64,000 nt of DNA from Eledone cirrhosa (GCA_964016885.1 OZ024742.1:7254001-7318000), one strand, 5' to 3'; positions 11,801 to 23,256 are shown, counted from the stretch's first letter. The notes: a model not told the origin generated them from the letters alone. Made by a program: numbers and translations.

Positions 11801-13384
11801 AAGCGGTGACAGGAGCAAAGATAAACCAGGAAAAGTCGGTGGGCTTGCAGCTCGGTACTTGGAGAGGCAAGACCATACCGTCCGACAGCGTTGTGGGGCG
11901 TTGGACGGACGGACCGGTTAAATTGCTCGGGGTCTGGTTCGGACCGGTCCGCCAGATGGTGAAAAACTGGAACGAGGTGACGAGCAGGGTGGCCACCCTC
12001 ACCCAGAAATGGGCCGAGAGGAAGCTGTCCCTGAAAGGCCGGGCGGAGGTGGCGAATGCGTACATCGCATCCGTCATCTACCGCCTCACCATCGTCCCTT
12101 GCTCCAACCTAACTCTCACCAAAATGGAGCGCCTCCTCTTCCGCTTTTTGTGGAAGGGACGCGCTCCCATGATCAGACGATCCATCTGCTGTCAACACCC
12201 GTTGTGTGGAGGACTGGGCATGCCATGTTTGATGATGCGCAAACATGCGCTGAGGCTGCGACATCTCTGGTGCTTCCTTGACGGTGAACAGGTGTGGTCG
12301 CCGTTCGCCAGGCACGTTTTCCCACAGCTCGTCTCCTTGACGGAGCTGCAGTCCTGGGTCTGAAAAAGACCGAGGGATAGCGCTTGGAAACTGGAATGTC
12401 TCCAGGCGTTCACTGCCCTCTGCCAGCTGGGCACCAGTACGGTGGAACATGCACCTCGGCGTTCTATAGAGGACTAGTGGAGGGGAAGATCGACGACATT
12501 CGCGGAGAGATCCTGGGCGTCGAAGAAGATCAGCTGTTTGCTCTCTTCCGGAGAACTTTCAGCCCAGGGCCTATGGATAATTTCCAAAAATCCCTGGCCT
12601 GGCAGTGCTACCGGGGAGCGCTGCCGGTTCGAGATAAGCTCTACAGGCACGGAAGTGCAGTCAGCCGAGCCTGTCCTAGATGCGCACAGAGCGACGAAAC
12701 CGTCGTGCACGCACTTGTTTCGTGCCCGAGCATTGCAGACTTGTGGAGCTATGTCGAACAGTTGCTGTCGCGTGTAGAACTGATCCGGTTATCGACTGAG
12801 TCCATTGTGCAGATGGTCTCGCCGTCTTCCTTCGAGGAGGAAGGGCAGGCGGTTTTCATCTGTCTGGTGGCCATGGCCAAAGAGATTGTGTGGTGGACAA
12901 GGTTAAAAGGGGTAAAGACAAACACTTTCCTCTTCGGCGAATCCGTAATTAACTTTTTCAAGTCTCACTTGAAGAGGAAAATCAGTGTGGAGAGGCAAGT
13001 GCTGCCTTCTAGCAAGTTTGTTGAAAGGTGGGTGAATGTAGCGAAAATGGCCCGAGTGAATATACGTCTGTAGTTTGAGAAATGGAAAAATTGAGAGAGG
13101 GCGCTTGTCCTGGTGGTCAGGGTAGCCGTGGTCTTTTGTGTGGTTTTCGCCACGAGTAACCCTCGGAGGTTTCCCCCCTATTGGGGAATTTTTCATTGTT
13201 TCAATTTTCATTTTTATTGTTTATATATATATATGTTTCTATGTCCTTTTTTTCTTTTCTTATATAAATAATAAAAATATTTACACGCACAAAACCCACA
13301 TCGTACCGTCCTGTGCCGTCTGTAATGTTTTTCTTAATGTCAGCCCTTGTGGCCAATAAAGAAATCATTATTATTATTATTATT
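8861..13384 (+). mobile_element. Tx1-clade (L1 superfamily) non-LTR retrotransposon, 5'-truncated within ORF1
   Basis: ORF1 3' part (Pro/Thr-rich, homologous to copy 2), then ORF2 with APE, RT and a C-terminal CCHC motif. AATAAA at 13355 and an (ATT)n tail. GC-rich relative to the flanks. Confidence 0.92.
9678..13073 (+). pseudogene. LINE ORF2 (APE endonuclease - reverse transcriptase - zf-RVT), disrupted by several stops and frameshifts
   Basis: Motifs SINARGL, VAISET, AVYAP, GDWN, SYLDR and TDHK (APE); PGLDGLPYE, NFRLITLLN, DQSKAFDR, VRQDCPLS and YADD (RT); CPRC..ET..HAL..C (zinc finger). Confidence 0.93.
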
Positions 13385-13867
13385 GAAGGCCATGGTTGAC
13401 GGAGGCTCGGCTCTGTAAGGTATTGTAAATTTTAACCGCTATAACAATTGTAAATTGTTTAAAACTTTAATCAAATTGAAGACAAAAACACCCTCCTCCT
13501 CGTGAGAGGGGTCTTTCTGCCCGTTATTTGGCCCTTCGGGGTTAAATAACCACTTATTGGGGTTTTGTGCCCAATATTTATTTTAAACCCCCCCAAAAAA
13601 CATGGTTACGAAAAAGAATTTTCACAAGTCACTCCCACTCATTCTGTCTTCTTCTTCCTCAATCGTCACTACAGCAGAGAGAAGATTGTCTCTCTCCTCC
13701 CTTCTCTAAATGTGTCTCTCTCCCTCCCTTCTCTTTCGAAAGCGACGCCAGTAAAGAAAAATAGTTTCCAAAATCACGTGCAAAACGTGGAACATTTCTC
13801 CACGACGACGACAACGACGTAAAAGGTGTGGGGTAAATACGTAAACCCATTTCATTCGTCTGACGTC

Positions 13868-15589
13868 ATGAATTATAGTAGTAGCAGCCGTAATAACAGA
13901 AGCAGCAGCAACAGTGACAGGGAAAACAACAGTAGCAGCCGCAACAGCATCAGCAGCAGCATAAACAACAACAGCATTAGCAGCAACAACAGCAACAACC
14001 ACAGCAACAGGGGCGTAGTACGAGCAGCAACAACAAAAGTAACAGCAGCTCTGACGACGACAACAACAACAACAAAGAAAAACCAATCTCGTTTGCAGGT
14101 ATCGCAAAGAACCTGGAAACCATCCTTATAACAAATGAGGAATTACAGGAAGCAAAGAAGATGGTAACTAAAACCGGACACCGAGCAATCTGCAAGGCAG
14201 CCGAAAATTTTTTCGAAACCCTACAGCACTGTACGGTCACGTAGCGTACAGTAAGCACAAAATCCCGAAGGATTGAAAGGGCCACCAGAGGCTCAAATAC
14301 AAAAAGGCTTAGGGTCTGTGTGGCAGCGGAAAACACATATCACCCGAGGCAAGAAATATGCCAGCGTGGACGTGCTTTTTTCCACACCCCAGGAGGCAAA
14401 GGCTCAATCCTTAGTGACCCTAAGGAGCGAGGAAATGGTGTTGGTGCCCTCCTACTGCGGACAAAAAATTGTGAGGGTCAAACTGACCCCCCCCCCCCAG
14501 TATGGCCCCTTCTTGGATGGCCGCGTCTGTCCTCGTCGGAATGTGATAGACTTCGATAACGGCACTCAACTGCCCATAAGTGTTGAGGGCAAATGCCCGA
14601 AATGCTTTCGCTGTGGATCGAAGAATCACCTCAGGGCCTTCTGCAATGAGAACACCCTGAGAAAGGAGAAAATCCCCCTCCTTCCGAAACCGTCTCCACT
14701 GCTACCAGCAACAGGACAGGCGGCCACCAGGAAGGATAGGTCCGTGGCACCCATACCCACGCTACGGAAATCAAGAACAGCAGCAGCAGTGGAAGTATTA
14801 ACAACAACAACAGCAATACCAACTGCAGCTGCAACAGAGACTCCACTGCAAACATCACCAACAACAACAAGTGAAACAGTGGAACTGGTACCCCTCCCCG
14901 ACCTCACAGAATCGGACATGGAGTGTGAGGTGGGAGAGGGATGGCAAAAGGTCGCAAGAAGGTACAAACGTAGAAGCAGCGCATCGTCGCATTCGAAAAG
15001 GGAGGAAAGAAACGAAAAAAGGGTAAAGGCTACTGCAAAAAGACTTACAGCAGCAACACCACCAACACCATCACCACCCACACTAGCACCACCATCACCA
15101 CCGGGGGCAACCCCACCGCCAACAACAACAACACCTTCAACACCACCACCACAAGCACCAACATCGCAAACACAACAAAACACACACGCCCAGCAACAAC
15201 GACAAGAAAATAGCAGGACCACACCCCACCCCCAGAAAAACAAATGCACAGCAATAAATACACACAACAAGAAACTAATTACTTACATAATTGAACACAG
15301 AGACATTTCACAGCACGACTACATAATACCAGCACCAATCAAAACACCAACGAACATAAGACTGGTAAAAATAGCACAGAAACAATACACAAACATTAAA
15401 CCGAAATTCCCCAACGCAGTTGGTGATTTCAGAGACCTAGGAGGGACACTGAACCGGAGGGTATATTCGGATATACTCACAGAAGAGCGGACCACCAGCC
15501 GAAGGTGCGATTCAACGGTCCCGTCACCAGACGATCAAGTGAAAAGGGATGGTGAAACCATCCTTCCTCTGGGAGAAGGAGTAAGGTAA
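13868..15589 (+). pseudogene. LINE ORF1 (CCHC zinc-knuckle nucleic-acid-binding protein), frameshifted
   Basis: CFRCGSKNHLRAFC is C-x2-C-x4-H-x4-C, followed by a Pro/Thr-rich region. The start is uncertain (ATG at 13868 inferred). The longest open piece is 14273-15589. Confidence 0.8.
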
Positions 15590-15623
15590 GTGGTCTTTCC
15601 CATCTTTTCCACTCCATTTCAAC

Positions 15624-18600
15624 ATGACCTCACTCAGAATAGGTAGCATAAATGCGCGTGGCTTGGGGTCGTCATGGAAGCAGGGCCATCTGCTCAACGA
15701 CCTCAGATCACTAAACATAGATGTAGTGGCCATCAGCGAGACCAGAATCTCCGAAGCACGGGCCTTCGCACCGATCTTCGGCGGCTACGATGTGTACGCA
15801 TTTCCCAGCCGTATTGGATCGGGGGAGGAGTTGCTGTGCTTTTTCGGAGAGGTTTGGATCTCGCCATACGGGCCATCTTCCTGGACCCAGAAGGTAAGTT
15901 GGTGATGCTGGACGTGACCAGCGGAGAAGGGCAAGCCTTCAGGCTAGTGGCCGTCTATGCCCCGACAGGAGCAGGGCGGCCTGATTTCTTCCGGCGTCTG
16001 GAGGCCTTTCTTGGAACGTTCCGCTCTTTAGTGTTAGTGGGCGGCTGGAACGGGATCTTAGATGCACGCTGGGACTGTGTGGGATTAGCGGATAGAGGAG
16101 GAGGGTGCAAGAGCCTCACCAACCTGCTCAGGCGTTTTGAACTGTCTGACAGGTACCGATTGGATTTCCCGAATGTGCCAATGTGGACTTGGACAAATCG
16201 CATAGGGTCATCCAGATCATATCTAGATAGAGTATTTTGTAGGGAAATAGATAGGTCTAGTATAATCTAGCCACAATTCAAGATAGTCAGCTACACGGAC
16301 CACAAATTCGTGATCTGTGTGCTTGACTTAGATAGGCTTCATAGACGAGGACCCGGCTACTGGAAGCTAAACGCGTCCTTACCAGCGTGCAAGGCCTACA
16401 GAGACCAGATTAGCGAACTAGTTAAGCGAGCGTATGACGGGGGCCATCGTCAACAACAAGTGGTGGTTTGGTCTGAAAAGAGCGATTAGAATAGAGTCCA
16501 TTAGGTTTAGTAAGGCTTTAGCAATAGAGAAGAGGGAGAACTAGTTAAAAAATTAGACGAGGCGCTTAGCAAAGGCATCGCGACCGACGTACTTGCGGCG
16601 AAATTGGCCCTTGACCAATTCTTCAATGCAAAGCACGAAGGCTGCGTTGTCAGAGCTAGGGTGCGTGCTCTCAGACACGAGGGGACGAAAGCCGTTCAAT
16701 GGGCCCGAATGGCGGAGGCGCGTCGTGGCAACAAAGCCACGATCCGGTCTTTGGTGGACCACGACGGGCGCATGCTACTCGATCCCGGGAAAATGTGGGA
16801 AACTTTTCAGCGACACTTCGCTTAACTGTTCGGGGGCAGCGGCGGGCTGGATTGAGGGATGGACTTTAGTGTCTACCTCGACGGACTGCCGCGGCTCTCG
16901 GCCACTGAGGCGGAGTGTTGCGAAAAGCCGATAACAGCCGCTGAAGTACGGGAGGCAATGACTGGCTGCACAAGGGGTAAATCGCCTGGTTTGGATGGTC
17001 TGCCCTATGAACTTTACGTACAAATGCCAGACTTGTTCGGCGGCCTCTTGGCGGACGTCTACTGCAACTGGCAACAGAACGGGAGAATTCCCAGCTCTGT
17101 GAGCCGAGGAGCGGTGGCGCTGCTGAGAAAGGATCCGAACAAGGGGGATAACATAGATAATTTCAGGCCCATAACTCTGCTAAACACAGAGTTCAAGATT
17201 TTGGCCAAGGTGCTAGCAAAGAGGTTGGCGCTTGTCGTTGGTGGTCTGGTGGGAGAGGTTCAGACATGCGCCATTCCCGCTTGATCCATCCACGACAACC
17301 TCCACCTCATGCGATACATCGTAGAGAGGGTAGCTAGGGAACCTGGCACGGGTGGGTCCTTGATCAATTTAGATCAGTCGAAAGCTTTCGATAGGGTCGA
17401 CCATCGTTACCTAGCGGCAGTCCTGAGGGCGGCTGGCTTTGGGCCCATCTTCAGAGGCTTGATCGCTGCCATGCACAGCGTCATCTGCTCTGTGGTGAGA
17501 GTGAACTGTCACCTTTCGGAACCGTTCAACATCATGCGCTCGGTCCGCCAAGGACGTCCCCTCTCGTCCCTCTTGTACGTATTGTCCCTCGAGCCATTAC
17601 TGCACAATCCGGAGACGTTGAGGGGCGTCCCACGCGAACTAGGATGCGGAAGATCCGTGTCAGCACATGCTGACGATGTCACGGTAGTGGTGTCGAACGC
17701 CAAACACATCGAGGCGATCGGCACTACACTAAGAGAGTACGAAGCGGTGACAGCAATGATCAACCAGGAAATGTACATCGCGTACATCGCGTCTGTTATC
17801 TGCTACCGCCTGACCGTGGTACCTTGTCCTAAGCCCCGCCTGACTGCGCTGGAGCGTTTGCTCTTTCGCTTTTTGTGGAAGGGACGCGCTCCGATGGTCA
17901 GGCGGTCCATCTGTTGTCAACACCCGCTACGTGGAGGGCTGGGCATGTCGTGGCTGATGATGCGCAGACACGCGCTCAGGCTACGACATCTCCACCTCTT
18001 CCTCGACGGTGATCAGGTGTGGTCGCCGTTTGCTAGACACGTATTTCCCCAGCTCGTTTCCTTGATGGAGCTGCAGTCCTGGGTCAAGCGAAGACCGAGA
18101 GGGAGCGCCTGGAGACTGGAATGTCTTCAGGCGCTCACAGCCCTCGACCAATCGGGCAATGTGATCGGTGGAAACTCCACTTCGCCGTTCTATAGATGAT
18201 TAGTGGAGGGGAAGAGCGACGACGTACTTGGGGAAACTCTAGGCGTCGACGAAAATCAACTAGCCAATCTCTTCGGAAGAACTTTCGGGCCGGGGCCTAT
18301 GGACAACTTCCAGAAATCTCTGGCCTGGCAGTGCTACCGAGGAGCCTTGCCAGTTCGAGATAAACTCTACAGGCATGGAGGTGCCGTCAGCCGGGCATGT
18401 CCGAGATGCGCGCAGGGCGACGAAACCGTCCTGCACGCACTCGTCCAGTGTCCGAAAATTGCTGACTTGTGGGTTTATGTCGAACACCTGTTGTCGCGTG
18501 TAGGACGGATCCGGCTAACATCTGAGTCCATCGTGAGCATTGCCCCGCCCTCTTCCTTTAGCCGGGAAGGGTAGGCAGTTTTTATCTGTCTGGTGGCCAT

Positions 18601-18814
18601 GGCGAAAGAGATAGTATGGTGGACACGTTTGAAAGGGCTGAAGACGATCATTTACCTCTTCGGTGATGCCCTGATTGACTTTTTCAAATTTCATTTGAAA
18701 AGGAAAATCAGAGTAGAGAGGGAAGTACTCTCTTCCCAGCATTTTGTTGAAAGATGGGTGAGAGAAGCAAGAATGGCCCGAGTGAATGGGCCTACTCTGA
18801 GTACGTATCTGTAA
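15624..18814 (+). pseudogene. LINE ORF2 (APE-RT-zf), disrupted, with an internal deletion in the RT region
   Basis: SINARGL, AVYAP, SYLDR, KSPGLDGLPYE, NFRPITLLN, LDQSKAFDRV, VRQGRPLS, HADD (mutated YADD), CPRC..ETVLHALVQC. Confidence 0.93.
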
Positions 18815-19064
18815 ATTAAAGGTGGAAAACTGGGAGAGGGCACTTGCCTTGATGGTCAGGATCACTGTGGCCTTTTACTGGGCTTTCTCCACAAATGTCC
18901 CTCCGAAGCCTCCCCCCTATTGGGGAATTTTTCATTGTTATTTTTTTGTTACATCCTTTGTTTTTGTTTTTTACACGCAGAAATGCCCATTTGTACCGTC
19001 CTGTATTGTCCTGTACTGTCCTTAATGTCTACTTTATGTAAACCCTTGTGGTTAATAAAGAAAA

Positions 19065-19106
<42 letters not shown>

Positions 19107-19712
19107 GTCATCAAAATTATTTTAGCGTTTTGATCGAAAACTCTAACCAGATGAAACGACAGTCTCGTTAGATGTTTAAATACCTCACAATAAATATCAT
19201 TCAAGAAATGTGACTGCCAGACAGTTCCGGTCGTACACTGCATTTCCGCTGTATATTACACATAAATCAAGATCAATTTCAAAAGGTTGCAAAGAGTTTT
19301 AATGATTTCAGTATGTGGTCAAGCGATAAGTGAACACTTTTGAAATTATTGTCACATAATATTATGATGAAATATATCATGTTGTGCCACATGAGACCAA
19401 ACTATACCAAATTTTATGTCACTTTCATCACAGATCCGCTATTTGTTCCTCTCCCCAACTAATCTACCCTCCACAACCATATCCTACCCGGATACTAATA
19501 CTTTCCTCAGAAGTGAACAAATATCCAACTAAACTCTGCGCCTTCAGCATTCTATCTCGCGTTATTTTTACTCACATCAAAAGTTTAATTTTATGAGTCA
19601 GAAAAGAAGTTCAATGAAAAATGAAACTATTATTTTTTTAAAGTTAAGTTAACTTTCTAGTATTAATCAGGGAGACAGATGTTTTAAACCTACCTATCCC
19701 TCCAATTCTACA

Positions 19713-19788
<76 letters not shown>

Positions 19789-19792
<4 letters not shown>

Positions 19793-19995
19793 CAAGGTTC
19801 AGCAAATAAGAAAAAGTTTCAAAATAAATTTTAAAAAATTAACTTTACTTACTATGGTTACCTGGTAACCATAGTAAGTAAAGTTAACTTTTTAAAATTT
19901 ATTTTGAAACTTGGTTACCTGGTAACCATAGTAAGTAAAGTTAATTTTTTAAAATTTATTTTGAAACTTTTTCTTATTTGCTAAACCTTGATTAT
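19789..19995. repeat. Fold-back palindrome with a duplicated centre (GGTTACC-T-GGTAACC twice, 57 bp apart)
   Basis: Left arm AATCAAGGTTCAGCAAATAAGAAAAAG... is mirrored by ...CTTTTTCTTATTTGCTAAACCTTGATT. Follows (TA)n. Confidence 0.88.
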
Positions 19996-20102
19996 ATATG
20001 TTCTGGCTCGTTAATTTATTAACCTGCCATTGAACCACATTGGCATATGGTTGGACAATACATGTGTCCCTTAGCGCCTTGTGCGTGTAGGAACACATAT
20101 TC

Positions 20103-20171
<69 letters not shown>

Positions 20172-20216
20172 GTGACGAAACATAAGTCAATTGCATGAAC
20201 TCATAATCCTTTATTT

Positions 20217-20272
20217 ACTGCTATATATATTTCGATGATAATCATTGAATGGCTATGACCTCATCAGGCAGT
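20217..20272 (-). ncRNA. Type I hammerhead ribozyme (family D)
   Basis: Minus strand reads ACTGC-CTGATGA-GGT.C.ATAGCCA(ttcaa)TGATTAT.C.ATC-GAAA-TATATA-TA-GCAGT. Confidence 0.82.
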
Positions 20273-20722
20273 TAGTCAGTTCTTAGATATGCCAGCTCTG
20301 TGTTTATGGTGTTGATGGTATCAGAACCTTGGGACATATATATATATATATATAAATATCGAAATTCTTTCCTCGCTTACTTTTGCATGGTTACGATGTG
20401 TCTTTCGTCTTCTCGCCAATATTCGCAAGTTCTTATTTTCAAATGAATTATTGACTTGATTTTCTCAGTTTTTCCTCTCTTTACGTTGCCTCACCATTCG
20501 TGTTTGTTTATCTGTCTCTCTTTCTCCACCCATTCTTTTTATCCCAATAACTTATTTTAGTTATTGTTCGCGCTAGCCTGAGGTATCTGGTCTTTAATGC
20601 GAAGAAATACCCATAATGGCTAGTAGAACAGTGATGATTGATAGACCTGGCTTCTATTTCTAATTCTTCATTTTAATTTGTATATCACATTCGCAACAAC
20701 ACAGCACACCATTTTTCATTCC

Positions 20723-20772
<50 letters not shown>

Positions 20773-20904
20773 TTGGAGCTCTGAAATAGCAATATATATA
20801 TGGATGTATATATAATGTATTTTGCAATACACTTTATGCTTAATTAAAAGCATTTTGAAGACCGTAAGCTATTGTTTTAAAGTAGTGACAAATTCACTTA
20901 CTTT

Positions 20905-20996
20905 GATCTCAGCAAACAGGGGAGATAAGCCGACAAGTCTTGTTTCGCTTTGGTTGAAGCTTATCAAGGCCAACTACCCTCCTGTCTACTGAGATC
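20905..20996 (-). ncRNA. Type I hammerhead ribozyme, U3-A8 variant, extended stem I (family E, copy 1)
   Basis: Minus strand reads GGCC-TTGATAA-GCTT(caacca)AAGC-GAAA-CAAG.A.CTTG-TC-GGCT. Stem I extends to GATCTC/GAGATC. Confidence 0.85.
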
Positions 20997-21219
20997 AATG
21001 ATGTTATATTCTTATAGAAATCTAGTAAATAATCAGGAGCTGATTATGCAGAGCGGTTGTTGGTCAGGCAGAAATTAAAAATTAGAATTGGAGCTCTGAA
21101 ATAGCAATATATATATGGATGTATATATAATGTATTTTGCAATACACTTTATGCTTAATTAAAAGCATTTTGAAGACCGTAAGCTATTGTTTTAAAGTAG
21201 TGACAAATTCACTTACTTT

Positions 21220-21311
21220 GATCTCAGCAAACAGGGGAGATAAGCCGACAAGTCTTGTTTCGCTTTGGTTGAAGCTTATCAAGGCCAACTACCCTCCTGT
21301 CTACCGAGATC
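21220..21311 (-). ncRNA. Type I hammerhead ribozyme, U3-A8 variant (family E, copy 2)
   Basis: Same motif, 315 bp from copy 1. Confidence 0.85.
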
Positions 21312-21622
21312 ATTGATGTTATATTCTTATAGAAATCTAGTAAATAATCAGGAGCTGATTATGCAGAGCGGTTGTTGGTCAGGCAGAAATTAAAAATTAG
21401 AATTGGAGCTCTGAAATAGCAATATATATATATAGCTTACGGTCTTCAAAATGCTTTTAATTAAGCATAAAGTGTATTGCAAAATACATTATATATACAT
21501 CCATATATATATTGCTATTTCAGAGCTCCAATTCTAATTTTTAATTTCTGCCTGACCAACAACCGCTCTGCATAATCAGCTCCTGATTATTTACTAGATT
21601 TCTATAAGAATATAACATCAAT

Positions 21623-21714
21623 GATCTCGGTAGACAGGAGGGTAGTTGGCCTTGATAAGCTTCAACCAAAGCGAAACAAGACTTGTCGGCTTATCTACCC
21701 TGTTTGCTGAGATC
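21623..21714 (+). ncRNA. Type I hammerhead ribozyme, U3-A8 variant (family E, inverted copy 3)
   Basis: GGCC(21648)-TTGATAA-GCTTCAACCAAAGC-GAAA(21673)-CAAGACTTG-TC-GGCT. Predicted cleavage after 21687. Confidence 0.85.
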
Positions 21715-21892
21715 AAAGTAAGTGAATTTGTCACTACTTTAAAACAATAGCTTACGGTCTTCAAAATGCTTTTAATTAAGCATAAAGTGTATTACAAAAT
21801 ACATTATATATACATCCATATATATATATATATAAGCAGCGGTTCTTTGCTTAAACTTTAACCTGTTATTTTAATATATATATATATATATA

Positions 21893-21893
21893 C

Positions 21894-21934
<41 letters not shown>

Positions 21935-21935
21935 T

Positions 21936-22007
<72 letters not shown>
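21893..22007. repeat. (GA)n microsatellite
   Basis: Direct reading. Confidence 0.95.
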
Positions 22008-22011
<4 letters not shown>

Positions 22012-22150
22012 TCTGCAAGTAGCTGTTGAAACGGCTACAACTCAGCCATCAGATCCCGACTCTTTATAATACACACAAACACACAGAGAGATATGTTTTA
22101 ACGGCTTGTAACTCTTTCATTAATCATTTTGCCTATATATATATATATAT

Positions 22151-22543
22151 ATAAAATATTAAACAAATAATGAATAAACAATGAAACAGTTCCTTATATT
22201 AAACAAAAAAAGTTCATTATTTAACGATCGTTTCTAGGATATATATGTGTTAGAATTGGCATGCATATTCAACAGATCTATGTACAAAATTATACAAAAT
22301 TATACAAACTATCAAGATTAAATATACATACCAACACATATATACGGCGTATATATGTGTTGGTATGTATATTTAATCTTGATAGTTTGTATAATTTTGT
22401 ATAATTTTGTACATAGATCTGTTGAATATGCATGCCAATTCTAACACATATATATCCTAGAAACGATCGTTAAATAATGAACTTTTTTTGTTTAATATAA
22501 GGAACTGTTTCATTGTTTATTCATTATTTGTTTAATATTTTAT
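22151..22543. repeat. Perfect palindrome with 196-bp arms and a 1-nt centre (22347)
   Basis: ATAAAATATTAAACAAATAATG...CATATATACG-G-CGTATATATG...CATTATTTGTTTAATATTTTAT. Confidence 0.93.
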
Positions 22544-22674
22544 CTTGACTCTGTATACCGTTTATCTTTCACCGAAAGTGATTTTTCATTACATCTCTTC
22601 TTTCCATGATATCCGGAATACATTGAGTTCTTCATACGGATTGGACACTACCGTAAACTCTTGGTAGATTTATC

Positions 22675-22751
<77 letters not shown>

Positions 22752-22824
22752 ATAGAGAAATTAATGTAAGCAAAAAGCCGACAATACTTCAGACATATAA
22801 GTGACTATAACATCTATATATATA

Positions 22825-23256
22825 GACTTATCAACCCCACATGTTCGGACATCGGCTCTAGCACCAAAAAGATCCTCGATAGATTTCTACCATCATTGCG
22901 TGGTGCCTCAGCACTCCCAACCTGGAGCAGAACATCTGAGGCAAGATATAATCCTCCATGCCCGTAAGACCTTCCTATACCACGAGGGATCTTACTGGAT
23001 CAACAAGAAGTCTCAGACCCGCTTTGACGTCAGCATGGGAACGTGTGATTCGGCTGAAATAAGCGACCTCGTGGGCCTGTACATTTTACATCACCTGAAG
23101 AACCTCTTTACTGGCCTCGTCGGAGGTCTATGCCGAGACGATGATCTCTTCGCCTTGCACAAGGTTAACACCAGAACCACTGATGAGTTTCGGAGAAACT
23201 TAAGCTCGTTCTTCCGTAATCTAATTGAAAATTACAAACTTGACTGTCACCACTGA
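22825..23256 (+). pseudogene. PLE reverse transcriptase fragment
   Basis: IILHARKTFLY...W..KK...FDVSMGTCDSAEISDLVGLYIL...GGLCRDDDL is a degenerate form of the PLE FDVTMGSxDGAE / GLYRDDGL motifs. Confidence 0.88.

Larger units (their letters stand above)
13385..19105 (+). mobile_element. Tx1-clade non-LTR retrotransposon, near full length, related subfamily
   Basis: 5' UTR with hairpins, ORF1 with a gag-like zinc knuckle, ORF2 colinear with copy 1, AATAAA at 19054, (ATT)n tail at 19066-19105. Confidence 0.93.
20766..21825. mobile_element. 315-bp tandem array (about 2.1 units) plus about 1.25 inverted units, one hammerhead per unit; retrozyme-like or tandem pLTR
   Basis: ATTAGAATTGGAGCTC recurs at 20766, 21081 and 21396. 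21433-21825 is the reverse complement. Units are almost identical, non-coding and flanked by (TA)n. Confidence 0.8.

Noticed and set aside
13490-13520. HDV-like ribozyme in the Tx1 5' UTR (TCCTCGT resembles L3)
   Set aside because: P1, P3 and P1.1 cannot be built in the required order. Simple hairpins explain the sequence.
8750-18865. Antisense and alternate-frame ORFs over the LINEs
   Set aside because: Shadow ORFs of GC-rich or low-complexity retrotransposon sequence with no recognisable domains.
22015-22060. GAAA-CGGCT..AGCCA-TC resembling family B
   Set aside because: Only the 3' half is present, truncated by (GA)n.
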